A stretch of 64,000 nucleotides of DNA from Pseudomonadota bacterium (GTDB taxonomy: Bacteria; UBA10199; 2-02-FULL-44-16; JAAZCA01). Position numbers and translations under genes: made by a program. Under the pieces are notes generated by a model that saw only the letters and a list, made by a program, of their open reading frames with translations, was not told where the DNA came from and made no database searches. Each line of letters starts with the position of its first letter. The first letter of the stretch is position 1. The DNA lies in contig JBDRBN010000074.1 in the NCBI GenBank assembly GCA_043822785.1, forward strand, positions 203-64,202, given 5' to 3'. Below are positions 56,343-64,000 of this stretch, piece after piece.

Positions 56343-57245
56343 ATGTCAAAAATAATCCCATTTGCAGCGCTCATTCCCAAAAAAGAGTACATGGATGAGG
56401 TAATCTGCCCTCCCTATGATGTCATAGATTCGGCTCAGGCAAGGGTTTTGGCTGAGGGAAAGCCACATTCCCTTTTGCACATCACAAAAGCAGAAATAGA
56501 CTTGCCGCCAAATACCTTGGAATATGACGATCTGGTATATGCAACAGCAGCAAAAAACCTGGCTCGTTTTATTAAGGATAATACCCTTATAAGGGATAGT
56601 GCTTCTATCTATATCTACCGGCTTATCATGCGCGATCACACGCAAACAGGCGTAGTTGCAGCAGTGAGTGCAGATGAGTACAAAAAAGGCTTGATAAAAA
56701 AGCACGAGAAGACGCGGGAACCAAAGGTGGTGGACAGGACAAGGCACTCTTTGGCCATAGGTGGCCATGCCGAGCCTGTGATTTTGGTGCATAGGAGGAT
56801 GTCTGCGATTTCAAAGATTTTGGAAGCAGAAACAAAGCAAGCCCCGCTCTATGATGTGACTGATGATAAAGAAGTGCGGCACATCCTGTGGCGCGCTAAA
56901 GCGATACAGGATATTGTTGCTGCATTTGCAAACTTGGATGCACTCTACATTGCTGACGGCCATCATCGCAGCGAATCAGGACTTAGAACTAAAGAGGAGA
57001 TGCAAAAGAAAAATAAAGATCATAATGGCGATGAGCCTTACAACTTTTTTCCTGCAGTGATCTTTGCTGACGATCAAGTGAAAGTGTTTGAGTATAACTG
57101 GGATGGGCCGCCTGATATGAGGCCGCAGGCTAAAGTGACGATGGCTGATATAATGGATCTTTCTGACAGGAATGGAATAATGCCGCCTAAGTCAACTTGG
57201 TTTGCTCCCAAACTTGCGAGCGGACTATTCGTCTATACTTTTTGA
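56343..57245 (+). CDS. DUF1015 family protein
   Basis: N-terminal IIPFAALIPKKEYMDEVICPPYDVID matches DUF1015. Found next to serC/serA, a linkage seen in other genomes. Confidence 0.65.
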   Translation: MSKIIPFAALIPKKEYMDEVICPPYDVIDSAQARVLAEGKPHSLLHITKAEIDLPPNTLEYDDLVYATAAKNLARFIKDNTLIRDSASIYIYRLIMRDHTQTGVVAAVSADEYKKGLIKKHEKTREPKVVDRTRHSLAIGGHAEPVILVHRRMSAISKILEAETKQAPLYDVTDDKEVRHILWRAKAIQDIVAAFANLDALYIADGHHRSESGLRTKEEMQKKNKDHNGDEPYNFFPAVIFADDQVKVFEYNWDGPPDMRPQAKVTMADIMDLSDRNGIMPPKSTWFAPKLASGLFVYTF

Positions 57246-57280
57246 ATCCAATTTCCAATATCCAATTTCTAATTTCGCCT

Positions 57281-57643
57281 TTACTCATCCTCAAACATAT
57301 CCCTGTAATAAGAGTCTACCTCAGAGGCATCTACGATGCGCTCTGTGATCTCTTCAATCATGTCCAGTTCGGCAGTATCAACGCCACCGCTTATGACATC
57401 CCACACCTTCTTTTTTACTTTTCCCTTAAAAGCCTCGCGACGCACGTTGGGCCAACCAATACGCACCAAGCCATCTAGGTTTTGTTTGTCAGCTCGCATA
57501 GCTTCATGGTCAACATCTACGAGTTTTGTCTCGCGCTTATTTTTACTGTTCTCAACAGCACCTTGACCAAGCACTTCTGCCCTGCCAGCCTGACTTGTCA
57601 GCGATTGAATCCATTTTAGCACCATGGCGTCAGCTCCTTTCAT
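57281..57643 (-). CDS. hypothetical protein (120 aa)
   Basis: ORF only. Confidence 0.35.
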   Translation of the reverse strand: MKGADAMVLKWIQSLTSQAGRAEVLGQGAVENSKNKRETKLVDVDHEAMRADKQNLDGLVRIGWPNVRREAFKGKVKKKVWDVISGGVDTAELDMIEEITERIVDASEVDSYYRDMFEDE

Positions 57644-57881
57644 CCTTGTTATCGCATGATGTCAAAAAATGTTGCGCACATTTTTAACAAAAATAATATT
57701 TTAAAATCATGGAGTTGGACTGTCTGTCGTATAATGATATATACACCTCATGCGCTTTATCGTATCCATGGGCGCAGCTGCCCTAAGCGCAAGTCTTATA
57801 TTCCTTACTAATATTAATTTGACTACTTGGGAGCTTGTCTGTTAGGGCAAGACCGATTTTCAACCATAGGGAGGAATTTCT

Positions 57882-59204
57882 ATGACCATCGCCACTCCGA
57901 GGAACATCAAGCCAGCAGAGGGAAAGCTGGGTGTACTGCTGGTAGGCTTGGGCGCCATAAGCACAACATTCATAGCAGGCCTGAACGCGATAAAGAGGGA
58001 GAAAACAAAACCCATTGGATCGCTCACTCAGATGGGCACCATCCGCCTTGGTAAGCGCACAGAGCACAGAAGTCCAAAGGTAAAGGATTTTGTACCGTTG
58101 GCTAACATAAGCGACATCGAAGTGGGCGCGTGGGATATATTTGAAGATGATGGCTATGTAGCAGCAACAAAGGCAGGCGTGCTTTCTCGCGAAGACCTCG
58201 AATATTCCCGCAAGGCTCTAGAAGATACCAAGCCCATGCGAGGCGTGTTTGACAGACAGTGGGTCAAAAAGCTTGATGGCACATGGGTGAAGAAAGGCAA
58301 AACCAAAAGAGAACTGGCAGATAAGCTCATGGACGATATCAAGGCATTCCAAAAGGAGCGGGGTGTTGCCCGCACGGTCATGATATGGTGTGCATCCACT
58401 GAAACCTTTGCCCAGACTTCTGCGGTTCACACAAACCTTAGAAATTTTGAAAAGGGATTGAATGAAAATGATGAGAGCATCTCGCCTTCGATGATCTATG
58501 CATATGCTGCGCTCAAGCTGGGCGTGCCTTTTGCAAACGGCGCACCCAACCTCACTGTCGATACTCCTGCGCTTTTGGAACTGGCAACTGAAACCCATAC
58601 ACCCATAGCTGGCAAAGATTTCAAAACCGGCCAGACGCTCATGAAGACGATTCTGGCGCCGGGACTTAAGGCAAGGTATCTAGGACTTTCTGGGTGGTTC
58701 TCCACAAATATCTTAGGCAACCGTGACGGTGAAGTGCTGGATGATCCAGGCTCGTTTAAGACTAAAGAGGAAAGCAAGCTCTCGGTGCTTGAGACCATAC
58801 TTCAGCCAAAACTCAATCCAGATCTGTACGGCAATATCTATCACAAGGTGCGCATCAACTATTATCCACCACGCGGTGATGCAAAAGAGGGCTGGGACAA
58901 CATCGATATCTTCGGGTGGATGGGTTATCCAATGCAGATCAAGATCGATTTCCTCTGCCGCGATTCCATACTGGCAGCGCCCATCGTGCTAGACCTTGCA
59001 CTGTTCATGGATCTGGCAAAACGCGCTGATATGCGCGGCATTCAGGAGTGGCTTAGCTTTTACTTCAAATCCCCGCAGGTGGCTGAAGGACTATATCCAG
59101 AGCACAATCTCTTCATCCAAGAGACAAAGCTCAAGAACACGCTGCGCTACATCATGGGCGCGGAGCAGATCACACATTTGGGGAATGAGTATTACGGAAT
59201 CTAG
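57882..59204 (+). CDS. inositol-3-phosphate synthase (myo-inositol-1-phosphate synthase)
   Basis: N-terminal Rossmann GVLLVGLGAISTTFIAG. Length of about 440 aa and the conserved central region fit MIPS. Confidence 0.8.
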   Translation: MTIATPRNIKPAEGKLGVLLVGLGAISTTFIAGLNAIKREKTKPIGSLTQMGTIRLGKRTEHRSPKVKDFVPLANISDIEVGAWDIFEDDGYVAATKAGVLSREDLEYSRKALEDTKPMRGVFDRQWVKKLDGTWVKKGKTKRELADKLMDDIKAFQKERGVARTVMIWCASTETFAQTSAVHTNLRNFEKGLNENDESISPSMIYAYAALKLGVPFANGAPNLTVDTPALLELATETHTPIAGKDFKTGQTLMKTILAPGLKARYLGLSGWFSTNILGNRDGEVLDDPGSFKTKEESKLSVLETILQPKLNPDLYGNIYHKVRINYYPPRGDAKEGWDNIDIFGWMGYPMQIKIDFLCRDSILAAPIVLDLALFMDLAKRADMRGIQEWLSFYFKSPQVAEGLYPEHNLFIQETKLKNTLRYIMGAEQITHLGNEYYGI

Positions 59205-59314
59205 GGTAAAGCAGATCCTAGATTCTCGATACTCGTAATAGCTTTATTAACAAAATCCCGATCTCAAAAATGAGATCGGGATTTTTGTCTTTAACACTGG
59301 TTACTGATAACTGG

Positions 59315-60904
59315 TCACTGGTCACTGAATTCATACGCGCCCATAGACCAACCAGTAGTTCCATTGCCTGTTCGTGTCTTACCATCCTTGTCAGTGGTAA
59401 ATCCCCAGTTTTGAGCAGGGGCTGCGCCATCAAGCCCGCCTTGTTTTACTGCATCAGGCGATGTGCTAGTTAGATGCAAGCTGTCTCCAAACTTTGGATC
59501 TTCTGATACATTAGCATTTGCCCCTGTTAAGGCATTGACACCTGCAATAGCATTAATCGCAGTTGAACCCTCATCAAAATACAGTGTGGTCTTGCAATTG
59601 AATATATCATTGTTCCTAAGTTCTGTCGGGCTACAATTAACATTGGCTTCGCGTATGCCAAACCCAGAAGTGCTTGCAGGTGCTGATATGATATTGTTTG
59701 CAATTGCAGGCGTGCTTTCACTCTCATTCCAAATGCCAGTGGAAATAGCTCCACTACCGCCATCTATTGTATTGTTATATATCGTCGGTGCACATTTAAA
59801 ATAATTATAGATGCCAAACGCAACATTTCCTTCGCCGCCATTAATGATGTTGTTATATATCTTGGGCAAGGAGTTAGCGTAATTGTAAATAGCAAAGGAA
59901 CCATTTGCACCGCTGCCGCCTTTAATCGAGTTGCCATATATCGTAGGTGATGAACCGTTGAGATTATAAATACCTTGATTTAATGCCGCGCTTCCAGCTT
60001 CGATAGTGTTGTTCGCAATGGTGAGCGCTGAACCATCGTGATTAAATACGCAGGATGAAACATCACCGCCTCCACCTATTATCTTAAACCCATCAATCAC
60101 AGTAGCTGCTGTTATTGCGCTTCCAGCTTCTACAGCAGGATTGGGCTGCTCACCAGTTCCGCCTGTTTGGCTTATCTCTTTGATAATAGTTGTGTTGGTC
60201 ACTGGGTCTCTCATCGCCCAATCAGTATCTGAATAACCGCCATATAAAGATACGCCTTCGGACATCACAACATGACTGCTTCCTGCAGTAACTTCATATG
60301 TACCCTTTGCAACATGCACTTGTGCAGGTGGTACCCAGGTACCATTTTTGAGTTTAGCAGCTGCCTTTGTCACAGCAGCGTTTATGTCGCCCGATTCATT
60401 ATATACGCTTCCATCTCCTGATTTTCCGGATTTTACATAGAATACTTGTACTCCATAAGTCAGACTACCTGATGATGCCTCATCTTCTGTGCTAGATGTT
60501 GAAATCGTGTTACCTTCGCTGTCTTTGCACGTAACCGTCAATGTGCCTGTTCCAATAGTCCAAGCAGTCTTAGGGCTAATTGTTAATGTATCACTCTCAA
60601 CAGCAGTGGTAGACCAAACACCTCCATCGCTTTCGCCTGACATTGTTCCTTCAAGAACTAGAGTGCCCGAGTCTATATGTGTATACGGGCTTGTAATAAA
60701 CTTAACGATGATCTTATCTGTTTTAGCTATTGATGAACCGTCCTTAGGCGTTACCTCACTGATGGCGGGCACTGTTAGGCCTGACGTTATAGGCGTTTGT
60801 TTTTCTTCACTGCCAAAACATCCCAAACCTGCAAAAGCGATACTCGTCACCATAATCACAATAGCGGCTATAATATATCTTTTGAAATAAATGGTATTAT
60901 TCAT
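59315..60904 (-). CDS. secreted right-handed parallel beta-helix repeat protein with N-terminal Ig-like region
   Basis: Signal peptide. Repeated NNxIxGGxG-type motifs (IYGNSIKGGSGA, IYNNIINGGEG, IYNNTIDGGSGA) are typical of pectate-lyase-like beta-helix repeats. Confidence 0.65.
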   Translation of the reverse strand: MNNTIYFKRYIIAAIVIMVTSIAFAGLGCFGSEEKQTPITSGLTVPAISEVTPKDGSSIAKTDKIIVKFITSPYTHIDSGTLVLEGTMSGESDGGVWSTTAVESDTLTISPKTAWTIGTGTLTVTCKDSEGNTISTSSTEDEASSGSLTYGVQVFYVKSGKSGDGSVYNESGDINAAVTKAAAKLKNGTWVPPAQVHVAKGTYEVTAGSSHVVMSEGVSLYGGYSDTDWAMRDPVTNTTIIKEISQTGGTGEQPNPAVEAGSAITAATVIDGFKIIGGGGDVSSCVFNHDGSALTIANNTIEAGSAALNQGIYNLNGSSPTIYGNSIKGGSGANGSFAIYNYANSLPKIYNNIINGGEGNVAFGIYNYFKCAPTIYNNTIDGGSGAISTGIWNESESTPAIANNIISAPASTSGFGIREANVNCSPTELRNNDIFNCKTTLYFDEGSTAINAIAGVNALTGANANVSEDPKFGDSLHLTSTSPDAVKQGGLDGAAPAQNWGFTTDKDGKTRTGNGTTGWSMGAYEFSDQ

Positions 60905-60933
60905 ATCCGCTCCTATGTTACGCGTTCTGACGA

Positions 60934-61338
60934 CTATTTACCTGTTCTTTTACAGCCAAGTCTCTCGGAATGAAATGGGTTAGGCATTAGCTCGGAAAGT
61001 TTTGATGATGTAGCCTTGCCTTCTGTGCCTGCCATTATGACCTCTAGCTCTGGTGCAAATTCATAGAGCATCTGTCTGCATATGCCGCATGGAGGGCAGG
61101 GTTCTTTTGTGCCGGCAAATATGGCAATGCGTGTAAATTCCCTTACTCCCTCTGATATTGCCTTTACGAGTGCTGTGCGCTCAGCGCAGCATGTTGCGCC
61201 ATATGATGCGCTCTCTACATTGCATCCAGTAAAGATCTTCCCATCGCTGGATTCAAGCGCTGCGCCGACCCTGAATTCTGAATATGGTGCGTATGCTTTA
61301 TCGCGAGCCTCTTTTGCTTTTTGAATTAGATGATCCAT
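60934..61338 (-). CDS. cdd: cytidine deaminase
   Basis: CAERTALVKAIS and CPPCGICRQ zinc-binding motifs. Confidence 0.88.
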   Translation of the reverse strand: MDHLIQKAKEARDKAYAPYSEFRVGAALESSDGKIFTGCNVESASYGATCCAERTALVKAISEGVREFTRIAIFAGTKEPCPPCGICRQMLYEFAPELEVIMAGTEGKATSSKLSELMPNPFHSERLGCKRTGK

Positions 61339-61359
61339 ATGAACCCCACTAACTTTTGC

Positions 61360-61431
61360 GTCATTGCGAGGAGCGCCAGCGACGAAGCAATCTCATAGCA
61401 TGGAGATTGCTTCGCTTTGCTCGCAATGACA
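61360..61431. repeat. palindromic REP/MITE-like element copy 6
   Basis: GTCATTGCGAGGAGCGCCAGCGACGAAGCAATCTC...GGAGATTGCTTCGCTTTGCTCGCAATGACA. Confidence 0.7.
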
Positions 61432-61435
61432 ATCT

Positions 61436-63196
61436 CTACTTCAAAGAAATACCCAATTCATCTAACTGTCCTTTTGCAACCGTAGATGGAGCATCAGCCA
61501 TGAGATCTGTAGCGCTGGCAGTTTTTGGAAATGCTATCACATCGCGAATAGAGTCGGTGCCTGCCAAGAGCATTACGAGCCTATCTAGCCCAAGCGCTAT
61601 GCCACCATGAGGTGGTGCGCCATACTCGAGGGCATCTAACAAAAACCCGAACTTTGCCTTGGCCTCTTTCTCGCCTATGCCCAAGAGCTCGAACATACGC
61701 GCTTGCAACTTTTCATCATGAATACGGATGGAGCCACCACCCACTTCGCTGCCGTTGATGACTATATCATAGGCAAGCGAGCGCACCTTTCCTGGATCTT
61801 TATCCAACAGGTGCAAATCATCCGGATGTGGCGCTGTAAAAGGATGATGAACCGCCATGTGCCTGTGTTCATCCCCGCTCCACTCCAAAAGCGGAAAGTC
61901 GATCACCCAAAAGATATCTATATTTGTCTCATCGATAAGACCCAGCCTCTTTCCAAGGTTTAGCCTGACAGCACCTAGCGCATTGCATGCATAATAGTGA
62001 TGCTTATCAGCAACCATGAAGAGCACATCGCCATCTTTTAAGTTCGCATCTTTAGAAATGCGCGCCTTGTCATCGTCAGAGAGGAACTTTGCAGCAGTAC
62101 CAGTCCATCCATCAGATGCTGCCTTTATCCAGGCAAGTCCCTTTGCTCCCAGATCCTTTGCAATGCCCTCGAGATCAGAGATCTCTTTGCGTGAAAGATC
62201 CTGCGCACCCACGTTTAAGCCCATGACGGACCCGCCTTCATCCACCACAGATGCAAAGGCCTTAAAGCCAGCCACTTTAAATGCCTGTGTAAGATTGGTA
62301 AGCTTCCAAGGAATGCGGCGGTCCGGCCTGTCGCTGCCATAGAGCGACATGGCCTCAGCATAAGTCATGCGCTCTATAGGAAGATTAAATTCCTTGCCTT
62401 TGATCTCTTTATAAACTGCAGCAAATAGACCATCGAGAGTTTCAAATATCATGTCACGATCAATAAACGATGCCTCGATATCCACCTGTGTGAACTCTGG
62501 CTGGCGGTCTGCGCGCAGATCCTCATCGCGAAAGCAGCGGACGATCTGAAAATAGCGATCACAGCCAGAAACCATGAGCAGCTGTTTAAAGATCTGAGGA
62601 CTCTGAGGAAGCGCATAGAAGTGACCCTTGCTTATGCGCGATGGCACTAGATAATCGCGTGCGCCTTCGGGCGTGCTCTTTGTGAGCATGGGAGTTTCGA
62701 TCTCTAAAAAACCATTCTCAGATAGATAGCGCCGAATGATCTGAGCTGTCTTATGCCTTAGCGCAAGTATGCGCTGAAGTTTAGGCCGCCTGAGATCAAG
62801 GTAGCGATATTTGAGGCGTATGTCTTCAGATGCATCAGTGTCATCTTCAACAAGAAAGGGCGGGGTCTTGGCAGGATTTAAAACTGTTAGCGACTGAACA
62901 GCCACCTCTATCTCGCCGGTTGGCATCCTCTTATTCTCTTGTCCCTCTGGTCGCTTCTCAATCGTGCCTTCTACTTCTAGCACATATTCATAACGAATGG
63001 CCTCGGCAGCTGCCACCATATCTTTTGAAACTTTTTCAGGATTGATTACAACTTGTGTTGTTCCAAACCTATCTCGAAGCCCTAAGAATATAAGGCCGCC
63101 AAGATCGCGGCGGGAACCTACCCAACCGTGCAGTCTGATCTTTTTTCCTAAATCGCCAGCAGTGAGTTCACCGCAGTTATGAGTGCGTCTATTCAT
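61436..63196 (-). CDS. aspS: aspartate--tRNA ligase
   Basis: Class II aaRS motifs (FRDEDLRADRQPEFTQ, GGGSIRIH, GLDRLVML). N-terminal OB-fold RTHNCGEL. Confidence 0.95.
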   Translation of the reverse strand: MNRRTHNCGELTAGDLGKKIRLHGWVGSRRDLGGLIFLGLRDRFGTTQVVINPEKVSKDMVAAAEAIRYEYVLEVEGTIEKRPEGQENKRMPTGEIEVAVQSLTVLNPAKTPPFLVEDDTDASEDIRLKYRYLDLRRPKLQRILALRHKTAQIIRRYLSENGFLEIETPMLTKSTPEGARDYLVPSRISKGHFYALPQSPQIFKQLLMVSGCDRYFQIVRCFRDEDLRADRQPEFTQVDIEASFIDRDMIFETLDGLFAAVYKEIKGKEFNLPIERMTYAEAMSLYGSDRPDRRIPWKLTNLTQAFKVAGFKAFASVVDEGGSVMGLNVGAQDLSRKEISDLEGIAKDLGAKGLAWIKAASDGWTGTAAKFLSDDDKARISKDANLKDGDVLFMVADKHHYYACNALGAVRLNLGKRLGLIDETNIDIFWVIDFPLLEWSGDEHRHMAVHHPFTAPHPDDLHLLDKDPGKVRSLAYDIVINGSEVGGGSIRIHDEKLQARMFELLGIGEKEAKAKFGFLLDALEYGAPPHGGIALGLDRLVMLLAGTDSIRDVIAFPKTASATDLMADAPSTVAKGQLDELGISLK

Positions 63197-63212
63197 TCAA
63201 TACTCCCATAGT

Positions 63213-63310
63213 GTCATCGCGAGGAGCAGAGCACTCAAGGCTTGAGTGCTCTGCGACGTGGCGATCTCCAAGGATTGAGGAGATTGCTTCGGCTTCGCCT
63301 CGCAATGACA
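63213..63310. repeat. palindromic REP/MITE-like element copy 7
   Basis: GTCATCGCGAGGAGC...GGAGATTGCTTCGGCTTCGCCTCGCAATGACA. Confidence 0.65.
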
Positions 63311-63324
63311 ACCTCATTGTTTAT

Positions 63325-64000
63325 TCATACCAAAACTTTTACCAAATCCTTAATACTTACCGTACTTTGTTCGCCTGTGACCATATCCTTAACTTGTGCC
63401 TCGCCTTTTTTCATCTCCTCATCACCAACGATCACTACAGTCTGCGCTTTGAGTTTATTTGCGCGCCTCATCTGGGCCTTGAGCGAGCGACCAGCATAAT
63501 CCCATTCTACGTGCTTTCCATCGTATCTTAACATCTGAATTGTGGGGAAGAGCTTGTTGCGTGCTTCATCACCCAAAACCGCAAAAAAGACTATATCTTC
63601 AGGCGCTGTTTCCTTTGCCGACTCTTTTAACATGAGTAAAAGCCTCTCAACACCCAAGGCACAGCCCACGCCTGCCACATCAGGGCCGCCAAAGGATTTT
63701 ACCAAACCATCATAACGGCCACCCGCTGCTATGGCGTTTTGCGCGCCTAACTTTGTTGTAGTGAATTCAAATGCAGTGCGCATGTAGTAGTCGAGTCCGC
63801 GCACTATTCTTGGATTTTCCTTATAATCTATCTTCAGGAGACCCAGCTCCTCTTTTACTGCGCCAAAGTGCGCTTTGCATTCGTCGCACCAATAGTCGCA
63901 AAACAGCGGAGCCTTGTTCAAAAGCCCGTGACAATCTTGATTTTTGCAATCAAATACGCGAAGGGGGTTTCTTTCCACCCGGCGTTTGCAGTCTTCGCAG
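63325..64000 (-). CDS. hisS: histidine--tRNA ligase (C-terminal part; N-terminus beyond window)
   Basis: Class II motif 3 region GGRYDGL...GCALGVERLLL and a C-terminal anticodon-binding domain. The ORF runs off the window edge. Confidence 0.85.
   Translation of the reverse strand, partial: CEDCKRRVERNPLRVFDCKNQDCHGLLNKAPLFCDYWCDECKAHFGAVKEELGLLKIDYKENPRIVRGLDYYMRTAFEFTTTKLGAQNAIAAGGRYDGLVKSFGGPDVAGVGCALGVERLLLMLKESAKETAPEDIVFFAVLGDEARNKLFPTIQMLRYDGKHVEWDYAGRSLKAQMRRANKLKAQTVVIVGDEEMKKGEAQVKDMVTGEQSTVSIKDLVKVLV

Overview
This is a 64 kb bacterial chromosomal window of about 50% GC, mixing a housekeeping core with accessory islands. No organism is assigned. All calls come from reading the sequence and the ORF translations; no database search was possible.

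The core genes are tig-clpP-clpX-lon, smpB followed by a tmRNA gene, serA-serC with a DUF1015 gene, an inositol-3-phosphate synthase gene, cdd, aspS, hisS (partial), rdgB and tag.

Accessory content:
- **Start of window (172-7471).** A HEAT-repeat protein whose C-terminal domain has a caspase/CHAT-like His...Cys signature. It is followed by an orphan TadC-like T2SSF protein and several TPR or secreted proteins of unknown function.
- **Glycan and lipid modification clusters (8911-11959 and 18257-23489).** The first holds two SAM methyltransferases and a PMT/ArnT-like membrane glycosyltransferase. The second holds a GT2 gene, two YdjC-family deacetylase genes, an ArnT-like glycosyltransferase and a radical SAM/SPASM gene. 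This second cluster resembles the Bordetella LgmABC and Francisella NaxD/FlmF2/FlmK aminosugar modules.
- **Region 24-30.5 kb.** A truncated glycosyltransferase fragment, Mth938-like and Fic genes, and a roughly 4.3 kb cassette bounded by ~72 bp direct repeats. The cassette carries a cupin, a WYL-domain regulator, a Cas4/RecB-like PD-(D/E)XK nuclease with an Fe-S cysteine cluster and a C-terminal extension, a small unknown protein and a secreted NPYG tandem-repeat protein.
- **Island between tmRNA (34873-35459) and tRNA-Pro (48798-48873).** It opens with two large perfect inverted-repeat hairpins. It then carries hicAB, a Tad/Flp pilus locus (flp, tadE, tadG, cpaB, secretin cpaC, an N-terminally extended cpaF and a single T2SSF gene), a YhcG-type PDDEXK nuclease bracketed by 92 bp direct repeats, an XRE regulator, a DUF4143 ATPase and tag.

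Two genome-wide noncoding patterns stand out:
- A 70-110 bp palindromic REP/MITE-like element (GTCATTGCGAGGAGC ... GCTCGCAATGACA) in at least 7 intergenic copies.
- Short tandem heptamer 'word' repeats filling many intergenic spacers.

A tRNA-Leu(TAG) at 12125-12206 has a partial 5' duplicate upstream.
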